In this document: one piece after another, positions 28,027-37,726 of the stretch | How positions within the stretch are numbered: position 1 is the first letter of the stretch | Layout: the number at the start of each line of letters is the position of its first letter | IMG/VR virus record: IMGVR_UViG_3300032232_001415 | Span: 32,001-96,000 of that record | Strand: one strand, 5' to 3' | DNA length: 64,000 nt | Origin: a virus | Lineage: Duplodnaviria; Caudoviricetes | The notes under the pieces: generated by a model | Told to the model about the DNA's origin: nothing | Databases searched by the model: none | The model's input: only the letters and a program-made list of their open reading frames with translations | Program-made: the position numbers and the translations under genes

Positions 28027-29897
28027 TGAATTATATTCCTCTCCATTGTCATTCCATGTTTAGTCTGTTGGATGGATTATCAAAACCTTCGCAGATTGCT
28101 GATAGGTGCCTAGAAATCAATGCGACCTCATGTGCATTAACCGATCATGGAAATATAGCTGGCGCTATCAAGTTTTATACTGAGATGAAGTCACGCGGCA
28201 TAAAGCCAATTCTTGGTTGCGAAATATATCTGTGTGAACAAGATCCAAAAATTCAAGAAAAGTCCAACAAAGATTTGACACATTTTATAGTTTTGGCCAA
28301 AAACTACCAAGGATGGAAAAATTTAATCAGGCTAGTGTCTGAGTCCAACAGACCAGACTTTTATTATCACAAGCCACGCCTCAATCTGGAGTCTCTGGCA
28401 GCATTCTGTGACGGTAACCTAATAGGATTTTGCGGCCATCTAGGATCACTCTTGGCAGATAAAATTATTGACCAGAATAAAATAATTGAGGATTGGCAAA
28501 ATGTTGGAGTGGAGATAATAGCCAAATTAAAGAAAATATTTGGTGAAGATAATTTTTTTCTAGAAGCTCAGTTAATGGATTGTGAAAATACCCCAATACA
28601 AAAAGAATTAACAGATATAATAAGAAAGTTGGGAAAAATAACCCACACTAAAGTAATATGCACACCAGACGCTCACTACTGTAAAAAAGAAGATGCTAAT
28701 GATCAAAGAATTTTATTATGCAATAATCTAAAAACAACATTTCCTGATATTAGTAGAAAAATCAGTAACGATGAAGATGTTCCGTTATCCTGTTTTTTTA
28801 CTTCTGATAATTTTCATATTCTCTCACAAGAAGAAATGAGAAACTTGCACACAGAAGAAGAAATTGCTAATACTAATTATGTAGCATCTTTATGTGAAGA
28901 ATATAATATTCTTAGTAAACCAAAATTACCACCATTCAAATGTCCTGAAGGATATAATCCAGATGAATACCTAAGACAACTTTGCAGAAATGGCTGGAGA
29001 GATAAGATAGCTAATAAAATCAAACAAGAAGATCAACAAATATATATTGATCGCATAAAATACGAATTAGATGTTCTACAGGGCGCTGGGCTGTCAAGTT
29101 ATTTTCTTATTGTTCAGGATATTGTTGATTATGTCAGAAAAAATAAATGGCTACCCGGACCAGGAAGAGGAAGCGCAGCAGGATGTCTGGTATCATACTT
29201 AATAGGCATAACTAGTATAGATCCGATTAGATATAATCTATTATTTGATAGATTTTATAATGCTGGAAGAAATACTGCTGATCGTATTTCAATGCCAGAT
29301 ATTGATGTTGATGTGCCAATAGATAAAAGAGAAATTATAATTGATTACATTAAAAATAGATATGGTCATGACAAAGTATCTCAAATGGTCACATTTAATA
29401 CCATTAAGGGACGAGGGGCCTTAAAGGATGTTTTAAGAGTTTATGGTAATATATCATTTGATGAGATGAATAAAATTACAAAAAATATTCCTGATGAAGC
29501 AAAAATTGCGGATGAACTCCAAGAGATGAAAGATGAGACGGGCGAGGCATCTATCATAAGATGGGCTTTGGAAAATAATCCAGAAAAATTAAAAGAATGG
29601 TGTTTTATCGACGAAAATAACGAATTACAAGGACCACTTGCAAAAAGGTTCGAGCAGGCTATAAGATTAGAGGGCACAAAGTCCAACCAATCCAAACATG
29701 CTGCTGGTATAGCCATTAGTGCAGAGCCGCTGAACATAACTTGCCCAATGGTATATGATGCAAAAAATGAACAATCTATAGCTGGTATGGAGATGCAAGA
29801 CTTGGAATCAATAGGTATTATAAAATTTGATATTTTAGGTGTAGCAATGTTGGACAAAATAATGACTATTCAAGATATTCTTAAAAATGGAGGATAA
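28026..29897 (+). CDS. dnaE: DNA polymerase III alpha, N-terminal piece (PHP + palm/thumb)
   Basis: LHCHS..SLLDG, TDHGN, DAHY, GPGRGSAAG, PDIDVD, SKHAAG and KFDILG, followed by a stop. Confidence 0.93.
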   Translation: MNYIPLHCHSMFSLLDGLSKPSQIADRCLEINATSCALTDHGNIAGAIKFYTEMKSRGIKPILGCEIYLCEQDPKIQEKSNKDLTHFIVLAKNYQGWKNLIRLVSESNRPDFYYHKPRLNLESLAAFCDGNLIGFCGHLGSLLADKIIDQNKIIEDWQNVGVEIIAKLKKIFGEDNFFLEAQLMDCENTPIQKELTDIIRKLGKITHTKVICTPDAHYCKKEDANDQRILLCNNLKTTFPDISRKISNDEDVPLSCFFTSDNFHILSQEEMRNLHTEEEIANTNYVASLCEEYNILSKPKLPPFKCPEGYNPDEYLRQLCRNGWRDKIANKIKQEDQQIYIDRIKYELDVLQGAGLSSYFLIVQDIVDYVRKNKWLPGPGRGSAAGCLVSYLIGITSIDPIRYNLLFDRFYNAGRNTADRISMPDIDVDVPIDKREIIIDYIKNRYGHDKVSQMVTFNTIKGRGALKDVLRVYGNISFDEMNKITKNIPDEAKIADELQEMKDETGEASIIRWALENNPEKLKEWCFIDENNELQGPLAKRFEQAIRLEGTKSNQSKHAAGIAISAEPLNITCPMVYDAKNEQSIAGMEMQDLESIGIIKFDILGVAMLDKIMTIQDILKNGG

Positions 29898-29899
29898 TT

Positions 29900-30085
29900 A
29901 TGGCGATCAAAAAATTTATGGATTTGTCTATTGGTGATAAATTCAAATTAAATGGTATTAATTATGTTAAGATTCAAGAAGAGAGAATTAGTTGTTGTCA
30001 GGTTATAAATGCCTCACAAGAAGATTTACCTAGTACCAGAATACAGGTTACTCCAATAACGGAAGTGGAAACAGATATTAACTAA
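29900..30085 (+). CDS. small hypothetical protein
   Basis: 61-aa ORF with a GGAGG Shine-Dalgarno; contains KFMDLSIGDKF. Confidence 0.6.
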   Translation: MAIKKFMDLSIGDKFKLNGINYVKIQEERISCCQVINASQEDLPSTRIQVTPITEVETDIN

Positions 30086-30786
30086 TGATAAACTATAATA
30101 AAATATGCGTTTTTGATTTTGAAACAGACGGTTCTGACCCGTCCGTGTGTAGTCCCGTTCAAATGGCTGCTGTAATTGTTGATCCAATAAAATTGGAAAT
30201 AATCCCAAAATCAGAATTTAATATCTTTTTTAAACCAGAAGTATTGGCAAAAGACGATAATTATGTATATGAAACTGACATTCTAGATTTTCATTCTAAG
30301 GTTAGAGGATGCTCCAAGGATGAGATTCTAGAAACTTGGAAAAAGTATCCATCACAAGATCAGTCGTGGAAAATTTTTACTAATTACCTTGAAATGTATC
30401 ACACAAGAGCGTCTAAGAAAAGCCAATTTAGTGCTCCAATAGCCGCTGGATATAACATTAATAGGTTTGATTTGAGAATAATTAATAGATTAAGTAAAAA
30501 ATATGGTAATGTAAATAAAGAAGAAAATTCAGATATTTTTTTTCCAAGAGATGTTTTAGATATAATGAATTTGGTTTTTTATTGGTTTGAACACAATGGT
30601 GACTTAAAAAGCTATTCACTAGATACTTTAAGAGATTATTTTGGTATTTCAAAAGAAGGTGCTCATGATGCTCTTAAAGACGTTAAAGACTGTGCAAATA
30701 TAATGATAAGATTTCTTAAGCTACATAGAAGCCTATCAAATAAAATAAAATTTAAAGATTCATTTTTGGAAGCTATTGATAAATAA
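30085..30786 (+). CDS. dnaQ: DEDDh 3'-5' exonuclease (DnaQ/epsilon-like)
   Basis: ExoI FDFETDG, ExoII GYNINRFD and ExoIII HDALKD. Confidence 0.85.
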   Translation: MINYNKICVFDFETDGSDPSVCSPVQMAAVIVDPIKLEIIPKSEFNIFFKPEVLAKDDNYVYETDILDFHSKVRGCSKDEILETWKKYPSQDQSWKIFTNYLEMYHTRASKKSQFSAPIAAGYNINRFDLRIINRLSKKYGNVNKEENSDIFFPRDVLDIMNLVFYWFEHNGDLKSYSLDTLRDYFGISKEGAHDALKDVKDCANIMIRFLKLHRSLSNKIKFKDSFLEAIDK

Positions 30787-30796
30787 AAATAAATAT

Positions 30797-32422
30797 ATGA
30801 CAAAAGAATTTTGTTATCCATGCGGATGTTCTTTCAAAGTCTTGGAAGAAACTAAAGATTTTCCTAGGCTAGAATTTACCCCTATAATAGAAGATATTAA
30901 TTTAGAATGTTCAAAAACATGGGAACTAATATCTGATGGTAACACCAAGGGATGTTTCCAATTAGAAAGCAGACTAGGTCGATCAATAGCTAAAAAACTT
31001 AAACCAGAGAATGTTGAACAACTATCAGCGTTGATTAGTATTTTAAGACCAGGATGTTTGGAAGCTATACGAGATGGTAAAAGCGTAACAAATCATTATA
31101 TAGATAAAAAAAATGGTAAAGAATCCATAGACTACTACCATCCTGCTCTAGAACCAATACTAAAGACAACATACGGAGAAATGGTATATCAAGAACAAGC
31201 AATGGAAATTGCAAAAGTTATTGCTGGATTTAATTTACAAGAAGCAGACATGTTAAGAAAAGCCATCGGTAAAAAGAAGCCAGAAGAAATGGCAAAGGTA
31301 AAAGAAAAATTCTTGTCTGGTGCTAAATTAATAGGAAAGGTTTCAATAGATGAGGCAGAAGAAATTTTCGGATGGATAGAAAAAAGCCAAAGATATTCAT
31401 TTAATAAGTCCCATTCTGTTAGTTATGCTATAAATGCATATTTATCTGCTTATACTAAAGCACATTTTCCTAAAATATTTTTTGCTTCATATCTAAGATT
31501 TGCAAAAGATAAGATTGATCCAAAAGCAGAAATAAAAGAATTAGTCCAAAATGCAAGCGAAATGGATATAAATGTTTATACTCCTGATATCAGAAATATA
31601 AATAAATTATTCATCTTAAAAAATAATGGTATATATTTTGGCTTAACGGATATCAAGGGTTTTGGTAATTCTGTATACGATAAATTATTGGCTATTCTAG
31701 ATAAAAAATCAATAGAAATAGAAAAGCTTAATTGGATACAAATGCTCTGTCTTGTATTACAGGATATTAATTCTACAGCAGCAAAAGCCCTCATAAAGTC
31801 AGGTGCTCTATCGTATATAAAAAAAACAAGAAACTCGATGTTATTTGAATACGAATTAATCAGCCAGCTAACTAAAAAAGAATTAGAATATATCAATAAA
31901 AATATATATGGATATGAAACACTCGATCAAGCATTATCTAGTCTAATAAAGCTAGGAAAGATCAATAAAAAAAGATTAATAAATGTTCAAAATATATTGT
32001 ACGCATATGGAAATCCACCCTATTCTCTAGACGATAATCCTGAATGGATTTCAGATTCTGAAGAAGAGATTCTTGGATGCTCAATAACTTGTTCAAAAAT
32101 AGATATGTATGATATCAGTATGACAAATACTACTTGTAAAGATTTCAAAAATGGCACAAATAGAGAAAATATTATACTTTGTGCAGAGATCGACAATATT
32201 AGTGTGACAAAAACAAAGACTGGAAAAAATCCAGGACTTGAAATGGCATTCGTAACTATGGTTGATAGTTATGGAGTACTTGACTCGGTTGTATTTTTCC
32301 CTGAGCAATATAGAACATACAGAAACATGCTTTTTGATAATAATGTTGTTATTATAAAAGGTAATAGGTCTAAAACCGGAGATTCTCTAATAGTGGAGAA
32401 AGCGTATATTCCTAAATCTTGA
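30797..32422 (+). CDS. dnaE: DNA polymerase III alpha, C-terminal piece (fingers, HhH, OB)
   Basis: TKGCFQLES, LRPG, TYGEMVYQEQ, ADMLRKAIGKK, YSFNKSHS..Y, PDI, FGLTDIKG and MAFVT OB fold. Confidence 0.92.
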   Translation: MTKEFCYPCGCSFKVLEETKDFPRLEFTPIIEDINLECSKTWELISDGNTKGCFQLESRLGRSIAKKLKPENVEQLSALISILRPGCLEAIRDGKSVTNHYIDKKNGKESIDYYHPALEPILKTTYGEMVYQEQAMEIAKVIAGFNLQEADMLRKAIGKKKPEEMAKVKEKFLSGAKLIGKVSIDEAEEIFGWIEKSQRYSFNKSHSVSYAINAYLSAYTKAHFPKIFFASYLRFAKDKIDPKAEIKELVQNASEMDINVYTPDIRNINKLFILKNNGIYFGLTDIKGFGNSVYDKLLAILDKKSIEIEKLNWIQMLCLVLQDINSTAAKALIKSGALSYIKKTRNSMLFEYELISQLTKKELEYINKNIYGYETLDQALSSLIKLGKINKKRLINVQNILYAYGNPPYSLDDNPEWISDSEEEILGCSITCSKIDMYDISMTNTTCKDFKNGTNRENIILCAEIDNISVTKTKTGKNPGLEMAFVTMVDSYGVLDSVVFFPEQYRTYRNMLFDNNVVIIKGNRSKTGDSLIVEKAYIPKS

Positions 32423-32447
32423 CACTCGACTTATGGTGTGTTATCAT
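32419..32447 (+). promoter_or_regulatory. strong sigma70-type promoter with extended -10 for ssb
   Basis: TTGACA-17 nt-TATCAT, with TG two bases upstream of the -10 box. A TAAGGAG Shine-Dalgarno is at 32471-32477. Confidence 0.75.
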
Positions 32448-32485
32448 AAGTTTGTAATTTGGTCCATAACTAAGGAGTTTATTCA

Positions 32486-32857
32486 ATGAATATTAATATA
32501 TTAAGAGGAAATTTAGCAAGAGATCCAGAAGTTAGAACTGTTAATACAGGTGGCAAGCAAACTACCGTAGTTAATTTTACAGTTGCTGTTTCTAGAGAAT
32601 ACACAAAAGCCAATGGAGAGAAGGACAAGGTAACAACGTTTGTTCCTTGTGAAGCATGGGATACTGGAGCCGAGATTATCGCAGAATCATTTAAAAAGGG
32701 CGATCTTGTTTTAGTAGAAGGATCTTTAAGAAATGATTCTTGGGAAAAGGATGGAGTAAAGCACAATACTCTCAAGGTTAGAGTAAATAACTTTTCAAAG
32801 ATTACTAAACTCTCAAAGAAGAACAAAGTAGATCAAACCGAGCCAGTAGCGTTCTGA
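32486..32857 (+). CDS. ssb: single-stranded DNA-binding protein
   Basis: GNLARDPE, NFTVAVSR, CEAW, KKGDLVLVEGSL and a C-terminal EPVAF. Confidence 0.95.
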   Translation: MNINILRGNLARDPEVRTVNTGGKQTTVVNFTVAVSREYTKANGEKDKVTTFVPCEAWDTGAEIIAESFKKGDLVLVEGSLRNDSWEKDGVKHNTLKVRVNNFSKITKLSKKNKVDQTEPVAF

Positions 32858-32876
32858 TATAAGGGGAACCAAGATT

Positions 32877-32902
32877 AGGGGATATAAAAATCCCCTTTTC
32901 TT
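32877..32902 (+). terminator. intrinsic terminator after ssb
   Basis: AGGGGAT-ataaaa-ATCCCCT hairpin followed by TTTCTT. Confidence 0.75.
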
Positions 32903-32933
32903 GTGTTTCTACATAAGCCAGTACAATAAACAT

Positions 32934-34601
32934 ATGATAAAAAAACTAAAAATATTAATGTGCTCAGAGGCTAGTTTTTTAAGTTCTGGTTTCGGAACTT
33001 ATGCTAAAGAAATTTTAAGCCGTCTACATAAAACTGGCAAATATGAAATAGCAGAATTTGCATCTTATGGAAAAACTAATGACCCTAAAGATATTGGTAT
33101 AGATTGGAAATATTATGCCAATGCTGTTGATGACAAAGACCCTAGGCATCAAGAATACTCATCGTCTGCAGAAAATCAATTTGGTAGATGGAGATTTGAG
33201 AGGGTTCTATTAGATTTTAAGCCAGACATAGTTTTTGACGTTAGAGACTATTGGATGAGTTCATATCAACAATTTTCTCCATTAAGACCATTTTTCCACT
33301 GGGTCCTTATGCCAACCGTCGATTCCGAACCACAGCAAGAGGATTGGATAGATACTTTTTTACATGCAGATGCCATATTCACCTATTCTGATTTTGGAAG
33401 AGATACTCTTATAAAGCAATCTAATAATCGTATAAATTATATAGATACAACATCTCCAGGTGTTGATCTTAATACATTTATTCCGATGGATAAGAAAAGC
33501 ATAAAACAAAGCTTTAATCTAGATCCAGATATGTTTATTATTGGATCTATTATGAGAAATCAAAAGCGTAAGTTAATACCAGACCTGTTCTATTCTGTAA
33601 AAAAACTATTAGAAAAATGCGAAAAAGAAGGAAATCATAAATTAGGTAAAAATATATATCTATATTTACACACTAGTTATCCTGATGCTGGTTGGGATAT
33701 CCCTCAATTATTGAAAGAATATAAGATAGGCAATAGGGTTCTGTTTACATATACATGTAAAAATTGTGGACATTATTATCCATCATTATTTCAACATCCT
33801 GTGGCACACTGTCAAAGATGCGGACAAAAAAGTTGTTCTATGCCAAACGTAAGTGCCGGCATACCAGCAAATGATCTTGCACGAATTATTAATCTATTCG
33901 ATATCTACGCACAATATGCGATATGCGAAGGTTTTGGAATGCCACAAGTTGAAGCCGCATCTTGTGGAATTCCGATAGCATCTGTAGACTATAGTGCAAT
34001 GAGTGACGTTGTTAGAAAAGTCAATGGATACCCAATTAAGGTTGGTCAATATTTTAAAGAACTAGAAACTAAAGCTATCAGAGTATTTCCAGATAATGAA
34101 GATTTTATTAACATAGTTGAAAATTTTTATAATCTTCCAGATTTTCTTAAAAAACAAAAGTCTTCTGAGACTAGATTATTAACTGAAAAATATTATAATT
34201 GGGATAATATTGCTAAAAAATGGGAAAACTATTTTGATAATATAAAGCTAACAGGATTGCAAGGAAGATGGGACGTAGAAATTCCGCAGATGCCGGAAAT
34301 AACAGAGTTACCAAAAGATCTATCTAATCCCTATGATCTAATTACTAATCTCATATCAAAACATTTGCCAAATCATCACATGGCATCATCAATTTTGTCT
34401 TTAAATATGATAAGAGATCTTACTTATGGATTTGTTGTTAATGGATATCAAACAGAAGGCTATAATATAAATAGAGCTGTTGATACTTTAAATACTATAA
34501 TAAAAAATCATAATATTGCTCAAATAGGAAAATCAAATCATGATAAATTATCAAAAGAAGATTTTATCGATTATGCACATATGAAGGATAGCTTAAAATG
34601 A
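32934..34601 (+). CDS. GT4-like glycosyltransferase with internal Zn finger
   Basis: SGFG, RNQKRK, YLHT, EGFGMPQVEAASCG, plus a CKNC..CQRC insertion. Confidence 0.85.
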   Translation: MIKKLKILMCSEASFLSSGFGTYAKEILSRLHKTGKYEIAEFASYGKTNDPKDIGIDWKYYANAVDDKDPRHQEYSSSAENQFGRWRFERVLLDFKPDIVFDVRDYWMSSYQQFSPLRPFFHWVLMPTVDSEPQQEDWIDTFLHADAIFTYSDFGRDTLIKQSNNRINYIDTTSPGVDLNTFIPMDKKSIKQSFNLDPDMFIIGSIMRNQKRKLIPDLFYSVKKLLEKCEKEGNHKLGKNIYLYLHTSYPDAGWDIPQLLKEYKIGNRVLFTYTCKNCGHYYPSLFQHPVAHCQRCGQKSCSMPNVSAGIPANDLARIINLFDIYAQYAICEGFGMPQVEAASCGIPIASVDYSAMSDVVRKVNGYPIKVGQYFKELETKAIRVFPDNEDFINIVENFYNLPDFLKKQKSSETRLLTEKYYNWDNIAKKWENYFDNIKLTGLQGRWDVEIPQMPEITELPKDLSNPYDLITNLISKHLPNHHMASSILSLNMIRDLTYGFVVNGYQTEGYNINRAVDTLNTIIKNHNIAQIGKSNHDKLSKEDFIDYAHMKDSLK

Positions 34602-35719
34602 ATATTTTATACATTGGACCATACAGGCAAAAAGATAGTATGGGACTAACATCGAGAAATCATCTCAAAACTATAGCAAAAAAATATAGCAATATTACTG
34701 TTAGACCGGTATATTTTAAAAAACATGATCCATTTTTTAATGATCAACAAATTTTATCTTTAGAAGATAGCGAATACGAAAATTATGATGTTGTAATACA
34801 ACATAGTATTCCAGGATATTTATTTAGAAATAAGTCCTATTCTAAAAATATAGGATTAATCTCCGTAGAGTCTCATAATCTTAATGATTCTAGTATTATA
34901 TCCAATATTAATACTATGGATGAAATATGGGTATCAACAGATTATGAAAAAAATATACTTATTAAATCTGGAGTTAATAAAAATATAAAAATTATACCTC
35001 CATCTCTAGATATTGATCTGATACAATCCTTTAAGGATCACAAAATACCTTTAAATCCTATTATAGACAGAATGTTTAAATTTTATTTTATTGGAGATTA
35101 TTTAGAAAGAAAAAATCTAACAGATCTAATAGTAGCATTTAATTTAGCATTTGACTATAACGATCAGGTCTGTCTTATTATAAAAACTAATATCGATGAT
35201 ATTAATCCACAAGAAACTAAAAAGAAAATAGAACAAGATATTGTAAACATAAAAAAGAAATTAAGAATTGGTAATAAATATAAACAAGAAATTATAATTA
35301 CTGAAAATATATCATATAAGGATAAAATTGGATTACATAACACATGTGACTGTTTTATAGCCCCATCATATGGAGAATCATTTTGTAAATCCGTTGCCGA
35401 AGCTGTGGTACTGGGGAAAACTCCAATTTTTAATAATAATACAGCAATGAGGGAATATGTTGATGAATCTTCAGGATTTCCCCTGAAGAGTCATAAGATT
35501 CCAGTACTTGTCGATAATGTGGATATAAAAGATTTTGATACCCTTACAGCTAATGAGTATTGGTACAGAATAGACATTTATGATTTAATTGAGAAGATGC
35601 AAGAAGTATATAAAATGCATAAATCAAAAAATGATAAACTAATTAAAAAAATTGAACAAGGCAAACTAAATTCTAACACTTTTTCATTTGAAGAAACTGG
35701 TAAAAAAATATGCATTTAG
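34598..35719 (+). CDS. GT4-like glycosyltransferase
   Basis: MDEIWVS, ERKNL and DCFIAPSYGESF...EA. Confidence 0.85.
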   Translation: MNILYIGPYRQKDSMGLTSRNHLKTIAKKYSNITVRPVYFKKHDPFFNDQQILSLEDSEYENYDVVIQHSIPGYLFRNKSYSKNIGLISVESHNLNDSSIISNINTMDEIWVSTDYEKNILIKSGVNKNIKIIPPSLDIDLIQSFKDHKIPLNPIIDRMFKFYFIGDYLERKNLTDLIVAFNLAFDYNDQVCLIIKTNIDDINPQETKKKIEQDIVNIKKKLRIGNKYKQEIIITENISYKDKIGLHNTCDCFIAPSYGESFCKSVAEAVVLGKTPIFNNNTAMREYVDESSGFPLKSHKIPVLVDNVDIKDFDTLTANEYWYRIDIYDLIEKMQEVYKMHKSKNDKLIKKIEQGKLNSNTFSFEETGKKICI

Positions 35720-36630
35720 GAACAAGTGTAGCTAATATTTTAAATAAATTCAATAATCAACCCATTAATATATTGTATAATCCACAATATAATATGTTTG
35801 ACATGCTCTTAGGGTTGGTCAGCGATAATATATACGTTGTTGATGATAGAATATCCACACTAAATAATAATTCAATTAAAGTATTAAAAAATAATCAAAT
35901 TGATTTATTTTCATACAATGTTGGTATAACGAATAGTATATTTCAATATACGTCAAATAAGTATTTTAATAATCTTCATATTAATGGAATTATACTAACA
36001 CATTCTAATAAACCCAATCAGATAAAAAAAGAAGATTCATTGCTCATGAATCAGAATCTAGAAAAAGAATATAAGATATTTTTTACACAAAAGATAGCTT
36101 CTTCATGGAGATTATCTAATAGCATAGTTGTACCTTATGGGATTCCACTGAACTTATTTAATATTGATGCAAATATAAATAGAAAACCAAATACTGTTCT
36201 TATAATAAATTATGAAAGAATGCCTAATATTAATGCCTTAAAACAATTATTAGAGACCAATGGGATAAAAGTGGATATCTCATCAGAGATTAATTTTAAT
36301 CCTAAGGATGTAAAAAAACTATTCAATCAATATAAAGTATGTATAGATATTAGTGAACATAATATTAGTAATTTATTATGCTCCATAGCTTGTGGATGTA
36401 ATGCTATAACCTATGCGACACCTATGATAATGGAGAATTTTGCTAATACACCAAATCTTTATACTGCAAAATCAGTTGAAGATTTAATAAATGTTATCAA
36501 GAAAATCTTTGAAAAAGAAACAATAAATGATTTTACTGAATATTTTGATAAAAACTATAATTTTGAATTAATGAAAGATAAATTATCAACACTTATTAAG
36601 AAATGTAATCAAGAGGCATTTGTATTATGA
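35710..36630 (+). CDS. divergent GT-B glycosyltransferase-like protein
   Basis: VVPYGIPLNLF and LFNQYKVCID..NLLCSIACGC. Confidence 0.55.
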   Translation: MHLGTSVANILNKFNNQPINILYNPQYNMFDMLLGLVSDNIYVVDDRISTLNNNSIKVLKNNQIDLFSYNVGITNSIFQYTSNKYFNNLHINGIILTHSNKPNQIKKEDSLLMNQNLEKEYKIFFTQKIASSWRLSNSIVVPYGIPLNLFNIDANINRKPNTVLIINYERMPNINALKQLLETNGIKVDISSEINFNPKDVKKLFNQYKVCIDISEHNISNLLCSIACGCNAITYATPMIMENFANTPNLYTAKSVEDLINVIKKIFEKETINDFTEYFDKNYNFELMKDKLSTLIKKCNQEAFVL

Positions 36631-37046
36631 ATAATATTAAGATCAATATCATGCATGATCATCATGGAGAAGAGATTGATGGTTTTACAAACATACCACA
36701 TGATCAAATAACAAATGTTATTAATGGCACTATTAATGAAATAATTTGTAGTACTCTGGATTATTGTGAATATCAAGATAGAATCAATCTAATAATTACT
36801 CTTTGTAAAAAAATCGCAAATAATGGGACGATAACTTTCAAATTTATTAATGGAACAAAATTACTTAAAGATGCTATCAAAGGCAATTCAAATAGTCAAT
36901 ATCTGTCAAAAATTATCAAAGAGTCAAAATCATTATTTTTGGAATCGGATGTGTTAGAGATAGTATCTCAAATTAATACAGTACAAATACTTAAACAGTT
37001 TAATAGCAATGAATACTCCGTATTAGTTCTTCAAAAGAAACTATGA
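36627..37046 (+). CDS. degenerate methyltransferase-like protein
   Basis: EII..TLDY...LCKKIANNGTI resembles MTase motifs but lacks a clear GxG motif I. Confidence 0.4.
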   Translation: MNNIKINIMHDHHGEEIDGFTNIPHDQITNVINGTINEIICSTLDYCEYQDRINLIITLCKKIANNGTITFKFINGTKLLKDAIKGNSNSQYLSKIIKESKSLFLESDVLEIVSQINTVQILKQFNSNEYSVLVLQKKL

Positions 37047-37726
37047 AAAAACTAGCTTGTTTTATACTATCCTACGACATAACAAAAGGAATGAAATCAA
37101 TAGGCCCAAAAGCACTATTGAAATCCAAAAAATCAAAAGAACTAATAAATTGTCAAATATCTAGTATTAAAGATAAAAATATAGATATAAATATAATTCT
37201 TGGATTTGGTTCTGAAAAAATTAAGAAAAAAGTAGATCACAATGTTAACTTTATTGATAATCTATTATATGAATCTACTAATCAAGCTTATGCTTTAGAA
37301 CTCATTATGGATAACTATGATTATGAAATTTATGATGGATGTATTATTATTAATAATGGTATACTATTCCATTATGACATAAAAAATATTTTACTACAAG
37401 ATAAAAATATATCGAAGATTTTTTATATGCAAAATTCAAAAAAAAATGAGTTTTCCATAGGTGTTACGATTCACAACGATAATGCATCACATATGTTTTT
37501 TAATTTAGATCATAATTCTTGGTGTGAAATAATATATCTTAATAATGAAACTATGAACTACTACAAAAATACATATATAAAAGAAATGAGAAATATGTTT
37601 TTATTTGAATTATTCAATAAGTCTATTGATGATGGAAATACTTTCAAAGCAGTTAAAATTAATAAAAATAAATTAATAAAAATTTCTTCAATAAAGGATT
37701 CTGAAAAGATAAAAAACATTTTATGA
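37043..37726 (+). CDS. sugar nucleotidyltransferase-like protein (GT-A / NTP_transf fold)
   Basis: KGMKSIGPKALL, ILGF and NLLYESTNQAY resemble LicC/NTP-transferases. Confidence 0.6.
   Translation: MKKLACFILSYDITKGMKSIGPKALLKSKKSKELINCQISSIKDKNIDINIILGFGSEKIKKKVDHNVNFIDNLLYESTNQAYALELIMDNYDYEIYDGCIIINNGILFHYDIKNILLQDKNISKIFYMQNSKKNEFSIGVTIHNDNASHMFFNLDHNSWCEIIYLNNETMNYYKNTYIKEMRNMFLFELFNKSIDDGNTFKAVKINKNKLIKISSIKDSEKIKNIL

Noticed and set aside
29800-30900. Split intein or self-splicing intron joining the dnaE halves
   Set aside because: There are no IntN/IntC motifs at either end. The gap is fully occupied by two coupled ORFs, leaving no room for an intron core.
32898-32927. Promoter for the GT4 cluster (TTGTGT...TACAAT)
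   Set aside because: The spacer is only 15 nt and the -35 is weak and overlaps the terminator tail, so there is too little support.
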